DNA from: Dehalococcoidia bacterium
Lineage (GTDB): Bacteria; Chloroflexota; Dehalococcoidia; UBA2979
Reading direction: 5' to 3'
Assembly (NCBI GenBank): GCA_965262725.1
Contig: OZ253555.1
Span: 3,104,001 to 3,168,000, forward strand
DNA length: 64,000 nt
Shown here: in pieces, positions 10,160 to 19,781 of the stretch
Numbering within the stretch: position 1 is the first letter of the stretch
Layout of the letters: every line of letters starts with the position of its first letter
The notes under the pieces: generated by a model
Seen by the model: the letters and a program-made list of their open reading frames with translations, nothing else
What the model was told of the DNA's origin: nothing
Databases searched by the model: none
Program-made: the position numbers and the translations under genes

Positions 10160-11658
10160 CGCCCCGACCCCGCAATCTCCAGCTTGAAGCCGAGCTCCTC
10201 GCGCACCCGCTCCGAGATTACCCCAGGGCGCCAAGCCCGCCCACCCTCGGGGGTGACCCGGAGCACCGAACCCTTCGCGCAGAGGAGGGAGCCAGGCGCG
10301 CGACGCGACCCCGGCGGCTCGCGCCGGAGCAGCTCGTCGGCGAGCGCGAGCACCGTCGCCCCGCGGCAGAGCAGCGCCTGGTCGGCAGGGCGCAGCAGCG
10401 GCGCCAGCTGTCGGATCCGCCACGCCGGCTTCTCCGCGAGCCGCAACAGCGCTGCGATCTCAGCGAGCGAGCGGTGGGTGAAGCCCGCCAGATCGCTTTC
10501 GAGGGCAAGCTCGGCCGCGGTCCGGTGACGGTTGTAAAAGCCGATCGCCGCGCCCACGTCCAGGAGGCGCGCCGCGTGCCCGAGGGACTCCCCGAGCGCG
10601 GCGTCGAGGTCCAGGTCCACGAGCGCCGCGATCTCGCGCGCCATCGCGCGGCGCCTCGCCGGCCGTCCAGGATCCGCGAGCCGGAAGCGAGCGAGCAGCG
10701 AGTCCACGGAGTCCTCGCGCACCTGTGCGGGCGGAGGCAGCGTGTCGCCGAGCGCATCGCGCAGTACTCCCTCGCGCAGCCCCTGCCCGGAGACGAGCAG
10801 TTCCTTCGCGCGCATCGCGTCGGCGACGGCACCCAGCACCAGCGCCCCCGCCACGATCGTGTCGGCGCGCTTCGGGTTGAGCCCCGGCACCGAGCCCGCG
10901 TGCGAGCCGAGCGAGCAGAGCAGTTCGGTGGCGGCCCGCAGGCGGGAGCGCCTGAGCTCGTAGCCGTGCAGCGCCGCCACCGGGTAGCGTGGGCGGCGGG
11001 CGCGGTCAATCTTCGCCAGGTTGCGGGCGGCGCCGCCGGTCACGACCAGCGCCTCGTCCCGCCCGAGCCTCCGGAAGCCGGCGGCGCGGACGGCCTTCCG
11101 GGTCCACTCGCGCAGCGCCTGCGCCTCTTCGCCGGTCGGCGGGTCGCTCGCGAGGAAGCGTGCGCCGGCGCGGAGCGTGCCGAGGGGGAGCGTCGCGGTC
11201 TCCACCAGCGTTCGGTCCCGGAAGCGCACGAGGTCCAGGCTGCCGCCGCCGAGATCGACGAGCACACCGGAGGAGACGGGCATCCCGTAGACGGCGCCCA
11301 GGAAAGCGTAGCGACCCTCGACGGAGGCGTCCGCCACCTCGAGCACGATTCCCATCTCGCCCACGAGCCTCGCGAGATCCGGTCCGTTGCGCGCGTCGCG
11401 GACCGCGGCCGTCCCCACGACGCGAAGGTCGCGCGCACCGGCGCCCACCGCGAGTGCGCGGAAGTCGGCGATGGCCTCGACCACCGCGTCGAGGGCCTCC
11501 CGCGGGAGCCGGCCGCGCTTGTCGAGCCGGCGAGCGAGGAGAAGCCGGCGGTCGAGCTCGTCGACCACCTCGACGTGGGCGCCCGCGCCGCGACGCGCGA
11601 CGAGCACGCGCGTGGTGTTCGATCCGAGATCGACGACTGCGGCGCATTCGGCGGACAG
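10156..11658 (-). CDS. ppx: Ppx/GppA family exopolyphosphatase with HD-like C-terminus
   Basis: VVDLGSNTTR, GTAAVRDARN, DLGGGS, GLREG; start inferred at CTG 11658 (in-frame TGA just upstream, GGAGG 9 nt before). Confidence 0.85.
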   Translation of the reverse strand: MSAECAAVVDLGSNTTRVLVARRGAGAHVEVVDELDRRLLLARRLDKRGRLPREALDAVVEAIADFRALAVGAGARDLRVVGTAAVRDARNGPDLARLVGEMGIVLEVADASVEGRYAFLGAVYGMPVSSGVLVDLGGGSLDLVRFRDRTLVETATLPLGTLRAGARFLASDPPTGEEAQALREWTRKAVRAAGFRRLGRDEALVVTGGAARNLAKIDRARRPRYPVAALHGYELRRSRLRAATELLCSLGSHAGSVPGLNPKRADTIVAGALVLGAVADAMRAKELLVSGQGLREGVLRDALGDTLPPPAQVREDSVDSLLARFRLADPGRPARRRAMAREIAALVDLDLDAALGESLGHAARLLDVGAAIGFYNRHRTAAELALESDLAGFTHRSLAEIAALLRLAEKPAWRIRQLAPLLRPADQALLCRGATVLALADELLRREPPGSRRAPGSLLCAKGSVLRVTPEGGRAWRPGVISERVREELGFKLEIAGSGR

Positions 11659-11797
11659 CGGTGCTCACCTCCGGGGACTCCGCGGTAGCGCCCGGCGACG
11701 GCGGGGCCTCGCTCTCCGCGGCGACGACATCCGCTCCCACCCGCGCGGGAATTCGTCCCTCTGACGTTAGAGGGACGGGCCCCTAGGCTACAGCCCT

Positions 11798-12265
11798 ATG
11801 GTCCCACGCTTCGCCCCTCTCCCCGTCCCCGCTCCCGTGCTCGCCTGTATCGCGATCGCCCGCTCCGACCACGACGCCGAACACGACAACATCAGCGCCG
11901 AGATGAGCGCGGACCTCGACGTGGGCCGCGTGCTCGCGGCGATCGAGGTCGGGCCGGGCCCACCCTCGTGAATTCGTTCCCGGGCGATCCCGCCTCCGTC
12001 GAGCGCGGCCGACCGCTCACCAGGCGAACTACGTGACCTGCCACGGGCCCGTGGGCGCGGACACGGGCCGGACGCCGTCGGGCTCTCACCGGCGCCCGAC
12101 GACCTCGCCCTGCACGTCCTCCTCCACCACGACGCCGACACCTTCGCCTTCATCGCGCGGGGCTTCGCCGGCCCGGCGATGACAGGATGGACCGGCGTGC
12201 TGAGCGACGAGCCGATCTCGGATCTCGTCAACTACCTCCGCGAGCTCGGCGCGCCCGGGCGGTGA
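11798..12265 (+). pseudogene. Degraded c-type cytochrome gene
   Basis: Frameshifted fragments NSFPGDPASVERGR / QANYVTCHG / GHGPDAVGLSPAPDDL..IARG..AM.GW..LSDEPISDLVNYLR; CxxCH mutated to YVTCH. Confidence 0.6.
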
Positions 12266-12359
12266 GCGGGTTGCGGGGCGGGTGCGCACGGTCGGCGCCC
12301 GATGGTGCATCATCGCCTTCCCGGCCGGCCGCGCGGCCCCGGGGCGTGGGGAGGGACGG

Positions 12360-13559
12360 ATGATGGAGCAGCCATTCGTGGGCGCCCGCGTGGTGGAAGT
12401 CGGAGACGGTGTGGCGGTCGCGGCCGCCTCGAAGCAGTTCGCCGATTTCGGCGCGCGCGTCGTGAAGGTGGAGCGGCCTGCAGGCGGCGAGGTGCGACGC
12501 CTCGCCCCCTTCGCCGACGACCGCCCCCACCTTGAGACGGGCGGCATGCATCTCGCGCTTGACACCGGGAAACGCTCGCTCGCGCTGGACGTGCGCACAC
12601 CCTCGGGGCGCGAGGTGCTCACGCGACTCGCGGGCGCCGCCGACCTGCTCCTCGTCGAGCTGCCGCCGGACGAGTGCGAGCGCGTGCTGGGCGCGGCGCG
12701 CCGCGCCCAGCACGCGCCGGACACCGTCGCTATCACGCCGCACGGGCTGAGCGGGCCCTACCGCGATCGCCGCGAGTCCGAGATGTCCATCTTCGCGTGG
12801 AGTAACCGGATGGCGCGGCAGCGCCCGCCGGAAGGGCCGCCCCTGCGCTACGCGCCCCACACCACCGCCATGCAGGTCGGTTTCACGGCCGCGGCGGTCG
12901 CCTCGGCGGCGCTCTGGGATCGCGAGCGCGGCGGCAAGCGGCGCGACGTCGACATCTCTGCGGTCGAGGCGCATTCCGGGAACGTCGACACGAACTTCAC
13001 GGCGTGGTCTCTCAACCAGGGGATCGCGCCGCTCTCGGCGACGCGCTCTGCGCGCGTCTTCCCGGTCGGCACCTACCGCTGCCGCGACGGATTCGTGCAG
13101 TTCACTGCCGCGGAGCCGCCGTTCTTCCAGCGCTCGTGCGCGGCGATCGGCCGCCCCGAGTGGCCGGAGGACCCGCGCTTCCACGATCCGGCCGTCCGGC
13201 CCGACTACCACGACGACTACATGGAGGTGTTCCTCCCCTGGCTCGCCGAGCGCACGAAGCAGGAAGTCTTCCACGAGATGCAGGGCCACGGCGTCCTTTG
13301 CACGCCGGTGCTCTCGGTCGAGGAGGCCGTGGCCGAGCCCGTGGCCGTCGCCCGGCGCTCCTTCGTCACGGTGGAGCAGCCGGTCGTCGGCGAGATGCTG
13401 CTCGCCGGCGCTCCGTTCCGCCTCGGCGGGATCGAGGGCGAGGCCTTCCGGGCGCTTCCGGCCCCGCGGCTCGGGGAGCACAACGCAGAGATCCTCGACG
13501 AGCTCGGCTACAGCCGCGACGAGCAGATAGCTCTCTTCCGGGCGGGGGTCACTGCATGA
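12360..13559 (+). CDS. Class III CoA-transferase, subunit A
   Basis: DFGARVVKVERP, TGKRS, YRCRDG, APRLGEHN; ATGA-coupled to the next gene. Confidence 0.9.
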   Translation: MMEQPFVGARVVEVGDGVAVAAASKQFADFGARVVKVERPAGGEVRRLAPFADDRPHLETGGMHLALDTGKRSLALDVRTPSGREVLTRLAGAADLLLVELPPDECERVLGAARRAQHAPDTVAITPHGLSGPYRDRRESEMSIFAWSNRMARQRPPEGPPLRYAPHTTAMQVGFTAAAVASAALWDRERGGKRRDVDISAVEAHSGNVDTNFTAWSLNQGIAPLSATRSARVFPVGTYRCRDGFVQFTAAEPPFFQRSCAAIGRPEWPEDPRFHDPAVRPDYHDDYMEVFLPWLAERTKQEVFHEMQGHGVLCTPVLSVEEAVAEPVAVARRSFVTVEQPVVGEMLLAGAPFRLGGIEGEAFRALPAPRLGEHNAEILDELGYSRDEQIALFRAGVTA

Positions 13560-14821
13560 CCACGACGGCACTTTCGGGCGTGCGCGTCGTCGAGCTCTCG
13601 GAGGTGTGGGCGGGTCCCTTCGGCGGCTGCCTGCTCGGCGACCTCGGCGCCGACGTGATCAAGGTCGAGTCCTACCCCCGCACGCCACCGACACGGCCGG
13701 TGCAGGTTCCGGACTGGCGCGTCTCCCCCGGCGAGGGGCCGCCGTACGAGCGCTCGTGGGCACAGCACCAGGCGAACCGCAACAAGCGCACCGTGGCGCT
13801 CAACGTCCGCTCGCCCCGCGGGGCGGAGGTGATGCGGCGGCTCGTGAGCACGGTCGATGTGATCATCGACACCTTCTCCGCCGGCACGATGGAGCGGCTC
13901 GGCTTCGGATGGGAGACGCTCCACGAGCTCAACCCCCGCCTCACGGCGATGTCCCTACCCGGATGGGGGGTCGAGGGCCCCTACCGGGGCTACGTGAGCT
14001 TCGGCGTCGGCTTCGACTGCGTGACGGGGCACAGCTTCGTACGCGGCCACCCCTGGCGGCGAGAGGACGACACCCCCGGCTCCACGCACTCCGACGCCAC
14101 GGTCCCGCTCTCTATCGTCTTCGCGGCCGTGGCGGCGCTCCGGCTGCGCGAGCGCACGGGTGAGGGGAGCTTCATCGACCTCTCGCAGGTGGAGCAGCTC
14201 GCCTCCCAGCTCCCGTGGGTGTACGCGGAGTGGGCGCTGAACCGTCGCGAGCCACCGCGCATCGGCGACGGCGACCCGCACATCGCCCCGCACGGCTGCT
14301 ACCAGACGGCCGGCGAGGACGCGTGGGTGGTGATCATCGCCCAGGACGACGAGCAGTGGGCGGGGCTCGCAGCCGCCGCCGGCCACGCGGAGTGGGCCGA
14401 GGACGGCCACCCGTGGGCATCCGTCGCGGGACGGATCCGCGAACGCGACGCCGTCGAGAGCACGATCGCCGCGTTCGCGCGCTCGGCACCGCGCGATGAG
14501 CTGGTCGAGTCGGTGCAGACGCGGGGAGCGATCGCCGCTCCCGTCGCGGATCCGCAGGATCACCTGCTCTCGCCGCAGCTCGCGGCGCGCGAGTGGCTTC
14601 AGACCGTGGATCACCCGTTCACCGGCCCCCGGATGCAGCCCGGCTTTCTCTGGCGGCTCGAGCCAGACGGCCCCTCGTGGGATCGCCCGTGCGGGCTCGT
14701 CGGTGAGCACAACCGTGAGGTGCTCGGGGAGATCGGCTTCGATGCGGAGGAGATCGCCCGGCTCACCGCCGAGGGCGTGATCGGGACGAGCTACGGCGAC
14801 TTCCCGCCGCGCGCCGAGTAG
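13556..14821 (+). CDS. Class III CoA-transferase, subunit B
   Basis: LSGVRVVE, DLGADVIKVE, NRNKR, HSD (putative catalytic Asp), PHGCY, GEHN. Confidence 0.9.
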   Translation: MTTTALSGVRVVELSEVWAGPFGGCLLGDLGADVIKVESYPRTPPTRPVQVPDWRVSPGEGPPYERSWAQHQANRNKRTVALNVRSPRGAEVMRRLVSTVDVIIDTFSAGTMERLGFGWETLHELNPRLTAMSLPGWGVEGPYRGYVSFGVGFDCVTGHSFVRGHPWRREDDTPGSTHSDATVPLSIVFAAVAALRLRERTGEGSFIDLSQVEQLASQLPWVYAEWALNRREPPRIGDGDPHIAPHGCYQTAGEDAWVVIIAQDDEQWAGLAAAAGHAEWAEDGHPWASVAGRIRERDAVESTIAAFARSAPRDELVESVQTRGAIAAPVADPQDHLLSPQLAAREWLQTVDHPFTGPRMQPGFLWRLEPDGPSWDRPCGLVGEHNREVLGEIGFDAEEIARLTAEGVIGTSYGDFPPRAE

Positions 14822-16019
14822 CAACGCCGCCGCCGTCCGCCCGCGGAGGGCCGCCTCCTAGTGTCCTGAATTGGAAATGCGATTGAGATATCCGGTGAGG
14901 TTGGTGTGTCCCGAAGTCGAAGGGCGGGTGACGTGATGACGTAACCGGTCTGGAGACATGCTCGTCGTTGCCAGCCGGTGCGAGTCCGGCACGGGTAACT
15001 GTCAGGAGGCCCGTTAGCAGGTCGGCGGCGCGGACGGGAAACGGTCCACGTCGAAGCCCGACGTCAAGAGCCCTATCAGGGGGAGCAACCAGGCGGTCCG
15101 CAGCATCAAGCGAAGCCTGCCGCGTCGTTAACGGATAGTGGAGGAGCCGAGCCCGGCAATTCAGGGCGAAGGCCATGGACGAGGTGAAGATCCTGAATGC
15201 GCGTTGCGCTGCAGCCTCAAGGAACCTCCCGGCGTAAGGGGCGTGGAACGTTTGGAAGGTAGCGACGGGAACGGGAGAAGCCCTCCCCGGCCCGGCACCC
15301 TGCGAGATGGTGTCGGAGCGAGGTGCCCTATAACCGGTCAAAGCCGGGAAGTGGGCAGCTAGCCGGAAGGGTGACGGAGGGGGTCGTAGTACCGCTTGAG
15401 CCGGACGGACAACACAACCGCCGGTGATGGGAAGGACCCCTGCTTTGCTCACGCGTGGGGAGTAGGGATGAATCGGTGAGTGCCCAAGCGGCTAACTCCA
15501 TCCAAGACAAGGTCCGAACACTACAACGCACGCTTTACCGGGCGGCCAAGGCCGACCCCAATAGACGCTTTCATGCGCTCTACGACAAGGTTTATCGCAG
15601 AGACATTCTGGAGCGCGCGTGGGAGCAGGTGCGTCGCAATCGCGGCGCAGCCGGTATCGACGGCGTCACGCTCGCCGAGGTCGAGCGCTACGGCGTGGAG
15701 CGCCTGCTGGATGAACTGGCCACGGAACTGAAGGAGGGAAGCTACCGGGTGCAGCCGAGCCGCCGGGTCTGGATACCCAAGCCCGGTCGGTCGGAAGAGC
15801 GCCCGCTCTCGATTCCTTCGGTCCGCGACCGCATCGTGCAGGCGTCGCTGAAGCTCGTGACGGAGCCGGTCTTCGAGGCCGACTTCCTGCCATGCAGCTT
15901 CGGCTTCCGCCCGAAGCGTTCGGCCCATGACGCCCTGCAGGTCCTCATTGACGAGGCGTGGCGGGGCAGGCGGTGGGTAGTGGAGACGGACATCGCCTCG
16001 TGTTTCGAGTCGATACCGC

Positions 16020-16881
16020 GTGCGTCCGGAAGTCGAAGGGGTGGTGACGTGATGACGTGACCGGTCCGGAGACATGCTCGTTGCTGCCAGCCGGTGAGAG
16101 TCCGGCACGGGTAACTGTCAGGAGGCCCGTTAGCAGGTCGGCGGCGTGGACGGGAAACGGTCTGCGTCGAAGCCCGACGTCAAGAGCCCTATGAGGGGGA
16201 GCAAACGTGCGGTCCGCAGCATGACGCGAAGTCTGCCGCGCCGTGAGACTCGCCTGTCTATTGACAGGACCAAGGAGGAGCCGAGCCCGGGTGGTCAGGG
16301 CGAAGGCCATGGACGAGGTGAAGATCCTGGAATGCAGCCTCAAGAAACCTCCCGGCGTATGGGACGTGGAACGTACGGAAGGTAGCGACGGGAACCGGAG
16401 AAGCCCTCCCCGGCCCGGCACCCTGTGAGAGGGCGTCGGAGCGAGGCGTCCTATAACCGGTCAGAGCCGGGAAGTGGACAGCCAGCCGGAAGGGTGGCGG
16501 AGGGGGTCGTAGTACCGCTGGAGCCGGACGGACAACATAACCGCCGGTGATGGGAAGGACCCCTACTTTGTCCGTGCATGTTGCTGGGGGTGTGGACTGG
16601 TGAGTGCCCCTCGGGGCTAGCAACCACTTGGTAGGGTTCGAGGCTCTCCGCACATGCTGTACCGGCTGGCCAAGGCACGACCCACGTTGTGGGGAGCGCT
16701 GCATGCCATCTGGTGAAGGGCATCGGTGAGCCGGATGAGGGAGAACCTCACGTCCGGTTCGATGTGGCAGGGGCTGGAGACGGACGCTGCTATGGCCGTG
16801 GAGTTGGGCACCACCGGGAAACCGGCTTGGAACTGATGCGCCACCGCCTACGGCTCGCACCGCGCCAGCCCCTGACCCTAC
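16020..16881 (+). mobile_element. ORF-less group II intron (inner), copy 1, 862 nt
   Basis: 5' GTGCG, DV at ~16728-16761, 3' ...ccctAC; excision restores the in-frame RT sequence FESIP(c|ac)HDRLM. Confidence 0.93.
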
Positions 16882-17347
16882 ACGACCGTCTGATGACGGC
16901 CGTCGAGGAACGGATATGCGACCGCAATCTCCTGAAGCTGGTACGGGCGATGCTGCGTGCCGGTGTGATGGAGTCGGGGGTCGTGCAGCACAGCGCGACG
17001 GGTACGCCGCAGGGCGGGGTGATGTCCCCGCTGCTGGCCAATGTCTACCTGCACCGGTTGGACCGGGACTGGGAGGCGAAGGGTGATGGCGTGCTGGTGC
17101 GCTATGCGGATGACCTCGTGGTGCTCTGCCGGAGCCGGGAGGAAGCGGAGCGGGCGTTGGCCCTGCTGCGTGACCTGCTGGGTGAGCTCGGACTGGAGCT
17201 CAAGGCGGAGAAGACGCGCATTGGGAATGATGCTCTGAATTGGCCCCACCTGGAGCCGTTTTGATCCTTTGAATTGGCCCCACCCCCGACCCATCCAGGA
17301 CCTACGCTCGGGTGACTGCATGACTCCCGGAGCGAGGGAAGAGGAGT

Positions 17348-18982
17348 GTGTCGAGAGTGGAGCTGTTCGAGTCTATCCGACGGATGGCGAGGGAGGAGGA
17401 GCTGTCGATCCATGAGCTGGGACGCCGGCATGGCGTGCACCGGCGCACGGTGCGGCAGGCTCTTGGGTCGGCGATACCCCCGGAACGCAAGCAGGCGACC
17501 CGCGTGGCCCCGAAGCTCGGGCCGTACGTCTCGGTCATCCGGGGCTGGCTCGTGGACGACCTCAGCGCGCCGCGCAAGCAGCGGCACACGGCCCGGCGCA
17601 TCTGGGAGCGCCTCGTCGACGAACACGGGGCGACGGTGGCCGAGCCCACGGTCCGCGCCTGCGTCGCGCGCCTGCGTCGCGAGATCCAGGGCGGGCGCGC
17701 GGTTGTGACGATCCCGCAGGTCCATCCTCCCGGCGAGGAGGCGGAGGTCGACTTCGGCACGGTGACGGTGTGGCTGGAGGGCGTCGAGACCCGGCTGGCG
17801 ATGTTCGTGATGCGGCTCTCGCATTCGGGGCGGGCGGCGCACGTCTGCTTCGTCGGCGAGGGCCAGGAGTCTCTGCTCGAGGGGCACGTGGTCGCCTTCG
17901 AGCGGCTCGGCGGAGTGCCGCGGCGCATCCGCTACGACAATCTGACGGCGGCCGTCACCACCGTGCTGCAGGGACGCGAGCGCCTGCAGACCGAGCGCTT
18001 CATCGCGCTCCGCTCGCATTACGGCTTCGACAGCTTCTTCTGTGAGCCCGGCATCGAGGGCGCGCACGAGAAGGGCGGTGTGGAGGGCGAGGTCGGCCGC
18101 TTCCGCCGGCGGCACTTCGTGCCGGTCCCGAAGGTGGCGACCCTCGGCGAGCTGAACGAACGAGTGCGGGAGGCGGACCGCACCGACGACGCCCGGCACA
18201 TCGAGAGCCGCCTCGCCACCGTCGGCGAGATGGGAGAGAACGAGAAGGCCTCGCTGCGTCCGCTTCCGGCGGAGCGCTTCGACCCGTCAATCCCGCTGCG
18301 CGCGAAGGTCGACCGCAAGGCGCGCATCGCCGTGCGTAGCTCCCGCTACTCGGTCCCGGCGGCCTATGCAGGCCGGAAGCTGGACGTGCGGCTGTCCGGG
18401 AACAGCCTGACCGTGTGGGCCGAGGGGCGTGAAGTCGCCCACCACGAGCGCAGCGCCCGCACCGGAGCAGAGGTCCTGCTGCTCGACCACTATCTGGAGG
18501 TGCTCGCGCGCAAGCCCGGGGCGGTCCCGGGCTCGGTGGCGCTCCAGCAGGCGCGTGCGAAGGGACACGTCACAGCCGAGCATCAGCGCTTCTGGGACCG
18601 CGCCCGCCGCAAGCTCGGCGACCGCGCGGGCACGCAGGCGTACATCGAGGTCCTGCTCCTGCATCGCCATCTTCCCTTCACGGCGGTGCACGCCGCGCTC
18701 GGGACGGTCAACAGGATCCAGTCGGTGAACCCCGAACTGGTCGCCATCGAGGCGCGCCGTCTCGCCGACCGCAGGCCACCAGACGCCGCCGTCGAGAGAC
18801 CGCACCTGGAGCGCTACGACCGACCTGCCCCGCTCCTCGATGGCTACGATGCGCTGCTCTCGGGTGATTCCCGATGGCCCGGCACGTCGCCGGGCGGGCG
18901 CTCCCGCGCTCCGCGGTCTGCCGAGAACGCGTCGCACACCACCACAACCGCCGTCACCGCTGCGGTGTCGACGGCACGCTGA
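17348..18982 (+). CDS. istA: IS21 transposase IstA
   Basis: PRKQRHTARRIWERL, PGEEAEVDFG, RYDN, HEKGGVE, YSVP. Confidence 0.95.
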   Translation: MSRVELFESIRRMAREEELSIHELGRRHGVHRRTVRQALGSAIPPERKQATRVAPKLGPYVSVIRGWLVDDLSAPRKQRHTARRIWERLVDEHGATVAEPTVRACVARLRREIQGGRAVVTIPQVHPPGEEAEVDFGTVTVWLEGVETRLAMFVMRLSHSGRAAHVCFVGEGQESLLEGHVVAFERLGGVPRRIRYDNLTAAVTTVLQGRERLQTERFIALRSHYGFDSFFCEPGIEGAHEKGGVEGEVGRFRRRHFVPVPKVATLGELNERVREADRTDDARHIESRLATVGEMGENEKASLRPLPAERFDPSIPLRAKVDRKARIAVRSSRYSVPAAYAGRKLDVRLSGNSLTVWAEGREVAHHERSARTGAEVLLLDHYLEVLARKPGAVPGSVALQQARAKGHVTAEHQRFWDRARRKLGDRAGTQAYIEVLLLHRHLPFTAVHAALGTVNRIQSVNPELVAIEARRLADRRPPDAAVERPHLERYDRPAPLLDGYDALLSGDSRWPGTSPGGRSRAPRSAENASHTTTTAVTAAVSTAR

Positions 18983-18998
18983 CCACAGGAGGCACCCG

Positions 18999-19781
18999 AT
19001 GACAGCACCCCTCACCGACCAGGCCGCGGAGCTGACAATCGAGGCGATCTGCCGCGAGCTCCGTCTCCCCACCGTCAGGAAGCAGGCGCTCCCGCTCGCC
19101 GAAGCCGCGGTCCGAGACCGGATCACCCATCTGGGCTATCTCGCCGAAGTGCTGGGAGCCGAACGCGATGACCGTGAGGAGCGGCGCCGTCAGCGCCGTA
19201 TCGTCGAGGCGCGGTTCCCGCGTTTCAAGTACCTCGCCGACTTCGACCTCGAGGCGGCGCCGACAGTCGACGCGCCGGCGCTCGCCACGCTGGAGCGCTG
19301 CGACTGGGTCGAAAGGGGCGAGCCCGTCGTCCTGCTCGGTGACAGCGGCACCGGGAAGTCACACCTGCTCATCGGCCTCGGCATGGCCGCCTGCCACCTG
19401 GGGCTGCGCGTGCGGTACATGACCACGGCCGCCCTGGTGAATGAACTGGCCGAAGCGTCGGATGATCGCGCGCTCTCACGCCTCGTCGCCCGCTACGGCC
19501 GCCTCGACCTGCTCTGCCTGGATGAGTTCGGGTACGTCCACCTCGACCCGCGCGGTGCCGAAATGCTGTTCCAGATCCTGACCGAGCGCGAGGAACGGGC
19601 ATCGGTCGCCGTCGCCTCCAACTCCCCGTTCTCCGAGTGGGGCCGCATCTTCACCGACCCTCGTCTCGCCGCGGCCGTCGTTGACCGCCTCACCTACCGT
19701 GCCCATATCATCGAGACCGGCACCGAGTCCTACCGGCTCCGGGCCTCGACCTCCCCGAGAGGAGGTGCCCCAACGACCTGA
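18999..19781 (+). CDS. istB: IS21 helper ATPase IstB
   Basis: GDSGTGKSH, LLCLDEFGY, SN..FSEW, AVVDRL, ESYR. Confidence 0.95.
   Translation: MTAPLTDQAAELTIEAICRELRLPTVRKQALPLAEAAVRDRITHLGYLAEVLGAERDDREERRRQRRIVEARFPRFKYLADFDLEAAPTVDAPALATLERCDWVERGEPVVLLGDSGTGKSHLLIGLGMAACHLGLRVRYMTTAALVNELAEASDDRALSRLVARYGRLDLLCLDEFGYVHLDPRGAEMLFQILTEREERASVAVASNSPFSEWGRIFTDPRLAAAVVDRLTYRAHIIETGTESYRLRASTSPRGGAPTT

Noticed and set aside
16689-16881. ORF-track N-terminus MGSAACHLVKG... fused to the RT second half (also 29670-29862)
   Set aside because: It is an incidental open frame through DV/DVI of the inner intron, and the product would lack the N-terminal RT motifs.
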